From Elusimicrobiota bacterium (lineage in GTDB: Bacteria > Elusimicrobiota > Elusimicrobia > Elusimicrobiales > UBA9959), in the NCBI GenBank assembly GCA_016209085.1, contig JACQWV010000010.1, positions 1 to 60,845 on the forward strand: 60,845 nt of DNA, in the 5' to 3' direction. This document shows, in pieces, positions 8,830 to 17,128 of this stretch; within the stretch, counting starts at the first letter, position 1; each line of letters begins with the position of its first letter. Made by a program: the position numbers and the translations under genes. The notes under the pieces are model-generated. The model was given only the letters and a program-made list of their open reading frames with translations, had not been told where the DNA came from and did no database searches.

Positions 8830-8906
8830 TATTAATCAATTTTAAAAAACAAATGCAACTTTAATCAATTTAATTCTGCGCGGAGTTTTGCTAAAATAAA
8901 CATATT

Positions 8907-9746
8907 ATGCGCATAAAATTCTGGGGAGTGCGTGGAAGCACGCCTGTAAGCGGAAAGGAATACCTCAGGCACGGCGGAGACACTACCTGCGTTGAAATAA
9001 GAGACAACAGCAAAGAGGTCATCATCATAGACGCAGGCACCGGAATCCGGGCGCTTGGAAAAAAGCTCGCCAGGGAAAACCTCAAAAGTTTTACAATGCT
9101 TTTCACCCATTCCCACTGGGACCACGTCATAGGATTTCCTTTTTTTAAGCCCGTTTACAATAAAAACACCCGCATTACCGTGATGGGGTGCTCCTTTTCT
9201 CCCGACCCGGTAAGGGAAATAGTGGCAAAAACCATGCAGCCTCCGGGTTTTCCGGTGAAATTTGAGGAAATATCCGCTCATTTTGAGTTTAAATCAGTCT
9301 TAGAGACAGGATGCGATTTCGAAAAGATTAGAATGATTCCGATTGAAACGAGCCATCCGAACCAGGGACTCGGGTACAAATTTGAGGAAGGCGGGAGAAA
9401 ATTCGTATTCATTACCGACAATGAATTAGGCTTTCAGCATCCCGGAGGAAAGACTTTTCAGGATTATGTCCAATTTTGCCGAGGCGCCGACCTGCTGGTG
9501 CATGACGCGACTTACACGGACGCAGAATATCCGAGAAAAAAAACATGGGGTCATTCCACTTTTCAGCAGGCCGTTGAACTGGCGGTCAAAGCGCGGGTCA
9601 GAAAACTCGGGCTTTGCCACCATGACCATGATAGAACTGACTCTGAAATAGGCAGAATGGTAAAAAAGTCCGGGAAAATTCTGAAAGCCCGCAAATCAGA
9701 CGTTAAATGTTTTGCGGTTTATCAGGGACAGGAGATAGAGCTGTAG
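8907..9746 (+). CDS. MBL-fold metallo-hydrolase
   Basis: 279 aa with the THSHWDH (HxHxDH) motif. Confidence 0.85.
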   Translation: MRIKFWGVRGSTPVSGKEYLRHGGDTTCVEIRDNSKEVIIIDAGTGIRALGKKLARENLKSFTMLFTHSHWDHVIGFPFFKPVYNKNTRITVMGCSFSPDPVREIVAKTMQPPGFPVKFEEISAHFEFKSVLETGCDFEKIRMIPIETSHPNQGLGYKFEEGGRKFVFITDNELGFQHPGGKTFQDYVQFCRGADLLVHDATYTDAEYPRKKTWGHSTFQQAVELAVKARVRKLGLCHHDHDRTDSEIGRMVKKSGKILKARKSDVKCFAVYQGQEIEL

Positions 9747-9818
9747 TAACCAGTAATCAGTAACCAGTAACAGCAAACAGCAGCAGCCAGTGGCCAGTAA
9801 CCAAGTAACCAGTAACTG
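9745..9818. repeat. Stop-codon-rich word repeat (CAGTAAC-type words)
   Basis: tagtaaccagtaatcagtaaccagtaacagcaaacagcagcagccagtggccagtaaccaagtaaccagtaac. Confidence 0.7.
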
Positions 9819-9867
9819 CAAGATACGGACTGCAAATTACGGAATTATTTAGTAGAATGTTTTAATT

Positions 9868-10320
9868 ATGCCGATACCGAATTTTTATTCAGCGTGGCTG
9901 GACCCTGTTTTTTACGCGTCAGCCGTTGTTTTTGCCTTTGGTCTGACGTTTTTGGTGTATTCAATAAAAAAGCGTCTTGAAGTCTCGGACTCGCTCGCCT
10001 TCGGCGAAATTTCTACTGAAAAGGGCGGACCTGTTTTAGCGCAAGAGGGCCTGTCCTCCGTAGCTTTAGCGAAGGAGGAAGCGCCGGATTCCCAGCATGA
10101 GGAACATCCGAAGGCCGAGGTCTTTGTAAAAGGAATTTTTGACAATCTCAAAGACATGGATGTGAGACTTAAAAACATTGAAGGGACTTTGTCCAGGGAA
10201 AAATCCAAAACTTATCTTGCCACGACCTATCTTGAGGATTTACTGAACAATTGTGATGAAATTGACAAGGAAAAAATCAAAGCCAGGATAGAGTTCCTGA
10301 TTTTCAGCCTGAAACAGTGA
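9868..10320 (+). CDS. Hypothetical membrane-anchored protein
   Basis: 150 aa with one N-terminal TM segment. It overlaps the next gene by 4 nt (ATGA-type coupling). Confidence 0.5.
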   Translation: MPIPNFYSAWLDPVFYASAVVFAFGLTFLVYSIKKRLEVSDSLAFGEISTEKGGPVLAQEGLSSVALAKEEAPDSQHEEHPKAEVFVKGIFDNLKDMDVRLKNIEGTLSREKSKTYLATTYLEDLLNNCDEIDKEKIKARIEFLIFSLKQ

Positions 10321-11741
10321 AACCCGCAAAATTTCTTTTTGTTTTTTTTGTATCCTCTATTTATTTTTCCATTTCCCATTCAGGCATATTTCCCGAACAT
10401 TCTTTTTCAGACGAAGCAAGAGGCGCTACATCCGCTAATTTCCTTAAAACCCCTGCCAGCGCCAGGTTTGAGGCCATGGGCGGAGCCGGTCTTGCCCTGA
10501 AAACCCCTGATTCCTTTTTTTACAACCCTGCGGGTCTGGCTTTTTTGCGGAAAAAATCCTCCGTCCTGATTCTGAATTACGAAACCATGCTGGAAACATC
10601 CGGCAGAACCAGCATGGCGTACATAAAAGCTTCTGAACCGTGGGTTTTGGGGGCGGGTTTTCTTTTTTATTCAAGCGCGGATTTTGAGGAATTAAGCGCA
10701 GGCGGAGTGAAAACAGGGGATTTTTCGGTTTATGACCTTTCAGCAATATTTTCATTTTCAAGAAGATTCGGGTTCGCTGATTTCGGCGCGGCAGTGAAAT
10801 TGCTAAGGTCAAAACTGCATACTGAAACCGGAAATTCAGCGGCATGTGATTTCGGCATTATTTTTAAGGACAGGGAAGGATTCGGTCCTTCGGCTGATCT
10901 TGCCGTTGCAGTAAGGAATCTGGGGTTCCCCATGAAATCAGGCTCGGAATCTTTTCCCCTTCCTTTTGAACTTGCAGGCGGCTTGAACTGGCATTATACA
11001 AGAAACATGGATTTAATCGTTGAAGGGAAGCTTCCGGTTGACCACGCTCCTTTTGTAGCAGCCGGCGCGGAACTATTCGTTCCTTTCAGCAGGAAGGTTT
11101 CCGGGAACGGAGTTTTTTTAAGGACAGGCTATAGTTTCAAAAATCACAGGGACCTCGGATTCATGGGAGGATTCAGCGCGGGCTTCGGAGCAAAATTAAA
11201 CAGCATAGGCATTGATTATGCTTTTGTGCCGTACGGGGATTTAGGCTCCACTCACAGGGCAACCCTGTCTTATGGTTTCGGGGACATATCAGCCGAAAGA
11301 CCCGATTCTCCGGCCCGCAAGCCGGATTTGAGGACAGACAAATTCCTGAAAAGACTGGCGGTAGCCGGCATTGAAGCAAAACACGGGACAAGAGATGCAG
11401 AAGCAATAATGGCTGAAAATTTCATTGAATCCGAGCTGATAAAATCCGGGGCGTATAAAGTTCTGGAAAGAACGAGCATGGAAATGATTCTTGCGGAAAA
11501 AAACCGGGCAGAATCCAAATCTTACGGCGTTGAATACGCTGTGGGGCTCGGAACATTCGTGCTTGCGGATGAAATGGTTTTCGGAACTCTGTCAAAAATT
11601 GACAACAAATTTCAGTTATCCGTGAAAATCGTGGAAGTCGGAACCGGCGAGATTATTGCCTCCGAATCTGAAACCGCAAAGACAGCGTACGATTTGAAAC
11701 AGGCGGTAAAAATCCTAGTAAAAAGAATGCTCTCTGAGTGA
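10317..11741 (+). CDS. Outer-membrane beta-barrel (PorV/UPF0164-like N-terminal motif) fused to a CsgG/LpoB-like C-terminal domain
   Basis: 474 aa with a signal peptide. The barrel signature is FLKTPASARFEAMGGAGLAL...FYNPAGLAF. The C-terminal ~130 aa are LAVAGIEA...ENFIESELIKSGAYKVLERTSMEMILAEKN...LGTFVLADEMVFGTLSKIDNKFQLSVKIVEVGTGEII. Confidence 0.55.
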   Translation: MKPAKFLFVFFVSSIYFSISHSGIFPEHSFSDEARGATSANFLKTPASARFEAMGGAGLALKTPDSFFYNPAGLAFLRKKSSVLILNYETMLETSGRTSMAYIKASEPWVLGAGFLFYSSADFEELSAGGVKTGDFSVYDLSAIFSFSRRFGFADFGAAVKLLRSKLHTETGNSAACDFGIIFKDREGFGPSADLAVAVRNLGFPMKSGSESFPLPFELAGGLNWHYTRNMDLIVEGKLPVDHAPFVAAGAELFVPFSRKVSGNGVFLRTGYSFKNHRDLGFMGGFSAGFGAKLNSIGIDYAFVPYGDLGSTHRATLSYGFGDISAERPDSPARKPDLRTDKFLKRLAVAGIEAKHGTRDAEAIMAENFIESELIKSGAYKVLERTSMEMILAEKNRAESKSYGVEYAVGLGTFVLADEMVFGTLSKIDNKFQLSVKIVEVGTGEIIASESETAKTAYDLKQAVKILVKRMLSE

Positions 11742-11742
11742 T

Positions 11743-12603
11743 TCACTTCCTCAGGACTGCCAGCATTTCAGCGTGTATCCTGTTGTTTGTGACAAGGGTT
11801 TCTTTTCCGTAATCCCGGACATTTTCATGGGCCTTGCCGCTGAAGTCGGTCATTTTCCCTCCGGCTTCTTCCAGTATGATTTTGCCTGCGGACACGTCCC
11901 ACGGTTTTAATCCGAATTCCCAGTACCCGTCAAACCTTCCGCAGGCCGTGTAAGCCATATCTATTGAAGCGGCTCCGGTTCTTCTGATGTCGTGGCACAT
12001 CTCCATGAATCTGGAATAAAACGAGCAGTAAAATTTTGACTTGTTCCCCCTGTCGTACGGGAACCCGGTGACGAGCAGGGCTTCGGATAGACGGCTTGTT
12101 TTTGAGACTTTTATTTTCCTGCTGTTCAAAAAAGCGCCTTTGTTTTTAACTGCCCGGAACAATTCCTTTCTGAAAGGGTCAAATATGCCTCCGGCAATCA
12201 TTTTCCCGTCTGACATGAAACCTATTGACACGCTTGCCATGGGAAAGCCGTGGGCGTAATTGGTCGTGCCGTCAAGAGGGTCTATTATCCAAAGCCGCTC
12301 TGTCGCGATGCTTGTTAAATCCCCCTTCCCGTCCCCCTTTGTAAAAGGGGGATTGAGGGGGATTTCTCCGATGTTTTCCCTGTCTTCTTCCGCGAGAAAA
12401 GAATCAAGAGGAAAATGTTTTTTTATGATTTTTATGACTTGTCTCTGGGATTCCAGGTCCGCTTTGGTCAGGAGGTTCGCTTTTCCCTTGAGGGAATAAC
12501 CCACTTTTCCGAAATATTTAAGCAGGATTTCACCGCCTTTCAGAGCCGCTTTTTTCAGAATTTCCGCTTCTTTCATAAGTAATATTTTTTTCCGCGTTCT
12601 CAA
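11743..12603 (-). CDS. suhB: Inositol monophosphatase family protein (SuhB-like)
   Basis: WIIDPLDGTTNYAHGFP motif. The likely start is the MKEAEIL Met at 12576. The gene contains an in-frame palindromic element encoding NPPFTKGDGKGDL. Confidence 0.85.
   Translation of the reverse strand: MRTRKKILLMKEAEILKKAALKGGEILLKYFGKVGYSLKGKANLLTKADLESQRQVIKIIKKHFPLDSFLAEEDRENIGEIPLNPPFTKGDGKGDLTSIATERLWIIDPLDGTTNYAHGFPMASVSIGFMSDGKMIAGGIFDPFRKELFRAVKNKGAFLNSRKIKVSKTSRLSEALLVTGFPYDRGNKSKFYCSFYSRFMEMCHDIRRTGAASIDMAYTACGRFDGYWEFGLKPWDVSAGKIILEEAGGKMTDFSGKAHENVRDYGKETLVTNNRIHAEMLAVLRK
12318..12366. repeat. Palindromic element, 'CCCCCTTTGTAAAAGGGGG' family, in frame in suhB
   Basis: aaatcccccttcccgtccccctttgtaaaagggggattgagggggattt has nested inverted repeats. 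A second copy lies at 31694-31773. Confidence 0.8.
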
Positions 12604-13711
12604 CGCCGTGTTCCTGTCTTAAATTCTCTATGTAATTTACGGTTTTTTCAAGCTTATTTCTTCTGGCGCTTACAAGCTCAGTGTATTTTTCCTGAGCAGC
12701 TGAAATCTTTTCGCCCATATCGTCCATTGTCTTTATAAATTTTCCCCACTCTTCGGAAAATTTTGATACGGACGTCAGAATTTGTTTTATGTTCTGTTCA
12801 AAGTTGAAATTATCCATGGCCTGTCTTATTACCGCAAGCACCGCGTAAAGCGTAACCGGCGAAACCAGTACGGCTTTTTTGCCTAATGCCTCGTCTATTA
12901 TGCCGCGGTCGTTTTCATTTATGAAATGAAAGACCTGTTCGTTGGGTATGAAAACTATGATGTAGTCCAGGCTGTTTTCCTCCCTGTGATATTCTTTGGA
13001 AGTTACGAGGCTGATGGTTTTCCTGACATCATGCAGGAACTTCTCCCTGTGGTCTTTTTTCTCTAATTCGTTCTCGGCTTCAAGATATTTGAGATAATTG
13101 TCCAGGGGAAATTTAACATCCATGTTTAATTTCATATCTTTCGGGAGGAAAAAGGTAAAATCAGGCATTTTCTGGTTTTCGGAGCGTTTCTGCTTGACGT
13201 AGTTTATGCCTTCAATCAAACCCGCAAATTTTAGAATGTCTTCGGCCATCCTCTCGCCCCATGAGCCTCTTGCCTTTGAGCCTGACAGTGCCTGGTTCAG
13301 TTTTCCGGCGGTCTCATGCAGGCGGAGATTGGCGTCGTTCAAGTTCTTTATCTGCGTTGAAAGTTCGCTGAATTTGTTTTCACGGTCTTTTTCAAGGGAT
13401 TTCATCAGGTCTTCCACCTTTTTCAGTTCCGAGGAGACGGCGTCCAGATTTTTATCTATCAGGTTTTTTTTGTTCTCCAGCTCTTTGGCGCCTTCCATTG
13501 TCCGGTTTGCCAGGACCTGTTCGGATAATTTCAGGAATTCATTGCTTGTTTTTGACAGGGTTTCAAGGGAAATTGAGGCAAAGGAATTTTTCAGATATTC
13601 CAGCGTTTTTTCGTGCTCTTTTTCCTTTTGTTTTTCTTTGAAAAAACTGATTATAAAAGTTAAAACGGCTCCTGCCAGAAATCCGGTTATGAATGTGATT
13701 GCGAGGGACAT
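12530..13711 (-). CDS. rmuC: DNA recombination protein RmuC
   Basis: 393 aa. It has an N-terminal TM segment and coiled coil, then ARGSWGERMAEDIL and a C-terminal RmuC nuclease-like region. Confidence 0.8.
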   Translation of the reverse strand: MSLAITFITGFLAGAVLTFIISFFKEKQKEKEHEKTLEYLKNSFASISLETLSKTSNEFLKLSEQVLANRTMEGAKELENKKNLIDKNLDAVSSELKKVEDLMKSLEKDRENKFSELSTQIKNLNDANLRLHETAGKLNQALSGSKARGSWGERMAEDILKFAGLIEGINYVKQKRSENQKMPDFTFFLPKDMKLNMDVKFPLDNYLKYLEAENELEKKDHREKFLHDVRKTISLVTSKEYHREENSLDYIIVFIPNEQVFHFINENDRGIIDEALGKKAVLVSPVTLYAVLAVIRQAMDNFNFEQNIKQILTSVSKFSEEWGKFIKTMDDMGEKISAAQEKYTELVSARRNKLEKTVNYIENLRQEHGVENAEKNITYERSGNSEKSGSERR

Positions 13712-13724
13712 AACGCTCCAATAA

Positions 13725-13803
13725 CAGCAGTGAATAGTGGTTAGTGATTAGTTTTTTACTTACCACTAACCACTCGCCACTGTAGTTAGCCACTTGCCAC
13801 TGC
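13725..13803. repeat. Long imperfect hairpin built from TAG/TGA/TAA-rich words, located in a divergent intergenic region
   Basis: The agtgaatagtggttagtgattag arm and the cttaccactaaccactcgccact arm are separated by a T-rich loop. It lies between the starts of rmuC (-) and the EIIA-like gene (+). Confidence 0.7.
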
Positions 13804-13858
13804 TTTTAGTTGACTGCTGTTTTATCTTAATGATAGCATAATACTGTTCTATATTGTT

Positions 13859-14344
13859 ATGGCCAAACGCTCCGACGATATTGCCATAAGCCAGGTTTTG
13901 CGGCCTGAATTTATATTTTTCCTCAACGGGAAATTAACCAAGGAAGACTCCCTCAGATTCCTTTCCGGCAAAATACATGAACTGGTCAAAGAAATAATAG
14001 ACTATAAAACCCTGTACGAGAGGCTCGTTGAGGTTGACAAGCTCAACAACGTGCTGGAAAGCGGTTTTTACATTCCGCACGCCAAATTCAAGGAAATCAG
14101 CCGGTTTTTCGCTGCGCTTGCGCTTCTGCCCGGGGGCTTTTATGACGAGAAATCCGGAAAGACCGTAAAATCAATGTTCCTTCTTCTTTCTCCCAATAAG
14201 CCCCATTTTTTCCAGAAACACCTCAATCTGCTTGCCAGGCTCTCCGGAATTTTTCAGACTTCTTTTATTGAAAAACTGTTTTCCTTTAAAACTCCGCAGG
14301 AAGTAATGGAAACAATCAGGAATTTGGAATCCCCAGCCATATAA
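13859..14344 (+). CDS. PTS EIIA type-2 (PtsN-like) domain protein
   Basis: 161 aa. GFYIPHAKF resembles the EIIA-2 active-site His region. Confidence 0.55.
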   Translation: MAKRSDDIAISQVLRPEFIFFLNGKLTKEDSLRFLSGKIHELVKEIIDYKTLYERLVEVDKLNNVLESGFYIPHAKFKEISRFFAALALLPGGFYDEKSGKTVKSMFLLLSPNKPHFFQKHLNLLARLSGIFQTSFIEKLFSFKTPQEVMETIRNLESPAI

Positions 14345-14381
14345 AATATATAATCACTAAATAATAGTATTTTCAATTCCT

Positions 14382-16403
14382 ATGAATCCCAATCCGCAAG
14401 TTCAAAAATTCAAGCAGGTATTGGTGCTGAGCACGGCCATGCTCACCTTCATTTCTTTCTGGAGAGCCGCTTCAGTGGTGTTATGCGATTTCGGCTCAAG
14501 CGCCTATTACGCGGGCGGCATAGCCATGAAAGCGTTCGGGCCCGCTTTCCCGTGGTACATAATGGCAGTAATGCTTTTTGCCGGAATCATGCTCATGGTA
14601 TATATTGAATCCTGCTCAATGTTCGTAAGAGGCGGGGTCTATGTCGTAGTAAAACATGCCATGGGCAAAGTAATGGCAAAATTTTCTGTTTCCGCCCTGG
14701 TATTTGATTACATGCTTACAGGTCCGATAAGCGCTGTAAGCGCGGGATTATATATTTCAGCTCTTTTGCATAATGTGCTTCCTCTTATCGGCGCGGACTG
14801 GCAGATTTCCAACAAATTTTTTGCAGTCATATTCGGCGTTTCAGTAGTGGCTTATTTCTGGAAGGAAAACATCAAGGGGGTTGAAGAATCCAGCGGGAAC
14901 AATTCAAAAATAATCGGTTTCGTGTCAGTAATTGCCGCAGTTCTTCTTGTATGGTCATTGTTGACCATATATATAAGAGGAGCCAAACTCCCCCCGTTTG
15001 ATTTGCATTTTACCGGACACGCTCTCGGATGGGCAAAGCATGTTCCATGGCTTGAGACAATAGGGCTTTTCGGCATTTTTATGGCTTTCGGCCATTCCAT
15101 TCTGGCTTTGAGCGGGCTTGAAACCCTGGCTCAGGTTTACAGGGAAATAGAAGACCCCAAGATTAAAAATCTGAAAAAAGCGGTTGTTATAATTTTTCTT
15201 TTCAGCCTGATGTTTACAGGGGTTTTGACCTTCCTGTCTGCTCTGATAATCCCTTCTGATTTAATAGCAGACAGGTACGCTGATAATCTTTTAAGCGGAC
15301 TGGCTCTTGAGCTTCACGGGCCTTACTGGGCGAAACTGATTCTTCAGACTTTTGTGGTGGTTTCAGGCGGACTTATGCTTGTGGGAGCCGTAAATACCTC
15401 GTTTGTCGGAGCGAACGGGATTTTGAACAGGGTAGCCGAGGACGGCGTTCTGCATGATTCTTTCAGAAGACTTCATTCAAAATACGGAACCACCTACAGA
15501 ATGATAAACATAATCGCGATTATGCAGACTGCCATAATAATTTTGTCAGGCGGCGATATATATCTTCTGGGCGAGGCTTATGCTTTCGGAGTCCTGTGGA
15601 GTCTTGTATTTAATACAGCGTCCCTGATAGTGTTAAGATTTAAGAACGGAGAATCTGAAAGGGAATGGCTGTTTCCTTTTAACATAAAGATAAAGAGAAT
15701 CCATTTCCCGGCGGGTCTTGTTTTTGTCTTTGCTGTTCTGCTTATGACCGCTCTTATGAACCTGATAACAAAGAAAACAGCCACGATTTCAGGAATAGTT
15801 TTTACAACCGCGTTTTTCATTGTTTTCCAGATTTCGGAGAAGCTGAATGAAAAAAAGGCGCGTATTTACGCTGAGGCAGAGAAACCGGACGAGAAGTTGA
15901 ATCTCAGGGAGGAATCCGACATTAATACTCTGGTGCCTGAGCTTGCAAAACCGAATAAGATACTCGTTCCGGTCAGGAACCCGAACAATCTCGTGCATTT
16001 AAAGCAGGTTCTTGAAACAGCTGACGACGCTACCACGGACATTCTCGTGCTTTGCGCCAAAATAGCCAGAGGCATTCAGCTTGACAGGGAAAAAGGCGAG
16101 ATTACCATGGAGGACAGAGATTTGTTTACGGCAGTCGTTCTTATGGCCGAGAAATACGGCAAGACCGTAAAACCCCTGCTTGTTTTTTCAAACGACCCGT
16201 TTCACTCCATAGCCCAAGTCGCCCAGACCGCAAACGTTGATGAAATAGTTCTGGGCGTTTCAGGAACCATGGGAGCGGAGATACAGCTTGAGCGTCTTGC
16301 AATGGCATGGGGAATGCTTAAAACAGGCGGAAAGGATTTTTCAAAGCCGGTTGTGGCGAAAGTGGTCTGGGAAGGAAGGCAGATGACGTGTGAACTGACA
16401 TAA
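14382..16403 (+). CDS. APC-family amino acid/polyamine permease fused to a C-terminal universal stress protein (Usp) domain
   Basis: 673 aa. About 12 TM segments are followed by KILVPVRNPNNLVHL...ILVLCAK...EIVLGVSGT (Usp-like). Confidence 0.7.
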   Translation: MNPNPQVQKFKQVLVLSTAMLTFISFWRAASVVLCDFGSSAYYAGGIAMKAFGPAFPWYIMAVMLFAGIMLMVYIESCSMFVRGGVYVVVKHAMGKVMAKFSVSALVFDYMLTGPISAVSAGLYISALLHNVLPLIGADWQISNKFFAVIFGVSVVAYFWKENIKGVEESSGNNSKIIGFVSVIAAVLLVWSLLTIYIRGAKLPPFDLHFTGHALGWAKHVPWLETIGLFGIFMAFGHSILALSGLETLAQVYREIEDPKIKNLKKAVVIIFLFSLMFTGVLTFLSALIIPSDLIADRYADNLLSGLALELHGPYWAKLILQTFVVVSGGLMLVGAVNTSFVGANGILNRVAEDGVLHDSFRRLHSKYGTTYRMINIIAIMQTAIIILSGGDIYLLGEAYAFGVLWSLVFNTASLIVLRFKNGESEREWLFPFNIKIKRIHFPAGLVFVFAVLLMTALMNLITKKTATISGIVFTTAFFIVFQISEKLNEKKARIYAEAEKPDEKLNLREESDINTLVPELAKPNKILVPVRNPNNLVHLKQVLETADDATTDILVLCAKIARGIQLDREKGEITMEDRDLFTAVVLMAEKYGKTVKPLLVFSNDPFHSIAQVAQTANVDEIVLGVSGTMGAEIQLERLAMAWGMLKTGGKDFSKPVVAKVVWEGRQMTCELT

Positions 16404-16443
16404 AAAGGTGATAAGATTATAAGGTGATAAGGGAACGGTTGAG

Positions 16444-16986
16444 ATGGCAATCAAAAGAATTTGCAAATACGGGGAAAAGATACTTAAAAAAAAGACAAAG
16501 CCTGTTGATTTTAAAAAAATTAAAATCCATCTGCCTGATATAATAAAAAACATGTTTGACACGCTTGACGCGGTCAACGGCGTGGGCCTGGCAGCCAACC
16601 AGATAGGCATGGATTTGAGAATGGCAATTATAAAAATCAAAAATAAGAACGACGAAGAAACAAAATTCGTGCTTATAAATCCGGAGATGGTTGAAAAATC
16701 CGAGGTCGTTATTGAACAGGAAGGCTGTCTTTCTTTTCCCGGTCTTTTTGCGAGAATAAAAAGATTCAATAAACTGAAGGCAAAAGCCCTGAACGAAAAA
16801 GGCATTCCGGTTGAAATCGCCGCAGACGGGCTTCTTGCAAGAGCGGTTCAGCACGAAATAGACCATCTTGACGGGATTCTTTTTGTTGAAAAACTGCCGT
16901 TAATTTCAAGAATAAAACTGAAGCCGGTCTTATTCAAACTGAAAAAACAGTGGGCGAAGATTGATGAAAGCAAAAATAACAGGTGA
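16444..16986 (+). CDS. def: Peptide deformylase
   Basis: GVGLAANQIG, EGCLSFPG and QHEIDHLDG motifs. Confidence 0.95.
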   Translation: MAIKRICKYGEKILKKKTKPVDFKKIKIHLPDIIKNMFDTLDAVNGVGLAANQIGMDLRMAIIKIKNKNDEETKFVLINPEMVEKSEVVIEQEGCLSFPGLFARIKRFNKLKAKALNEKGIPVEIAADGLLARAVQHEIDHLDGILFVEKLPLISRIKLKPVLFKLKKQWAKIDESKNNR

Positions 16987-17021
16987 TAAGGTTACAAGGT
17001 TATAAGGTGATAAGGGAAAGA

Positions 17022-17120
17022 GGATAGTGAATAGTGGATAGTGGCGAGTAAATAGTGGTGAGTGAATAGTAAAAAACTAACCACTAATCACTAACCACTA
17101 ATCACTAACCACTAATCACT
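17022..17120. terminator. About 100-nt imperfect hairpin of stop-rich words downstream of def
   Basis: The atagtgaatagtggatagtggcgagtaaatagtggtgagtgaatagt arm and the ctaaccactaatcactaaccactaatcactaaccactaatcact arm are separated by aaaaaa. It is preceded by GGTGATAAG-type words from 16983. Confidence 0.45.
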
Positions 17121-17128
17121 GATGTTAT

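Noticed and set aside
9745-9818. The possibility that the short tandem words (here and at 16983-17120, 40207-40262 and other loci) are CRISPR arrays
   Set aside because: The units are 6-9 nt, degenerate and contiguous, with no unique spacers. No cas genes are present.
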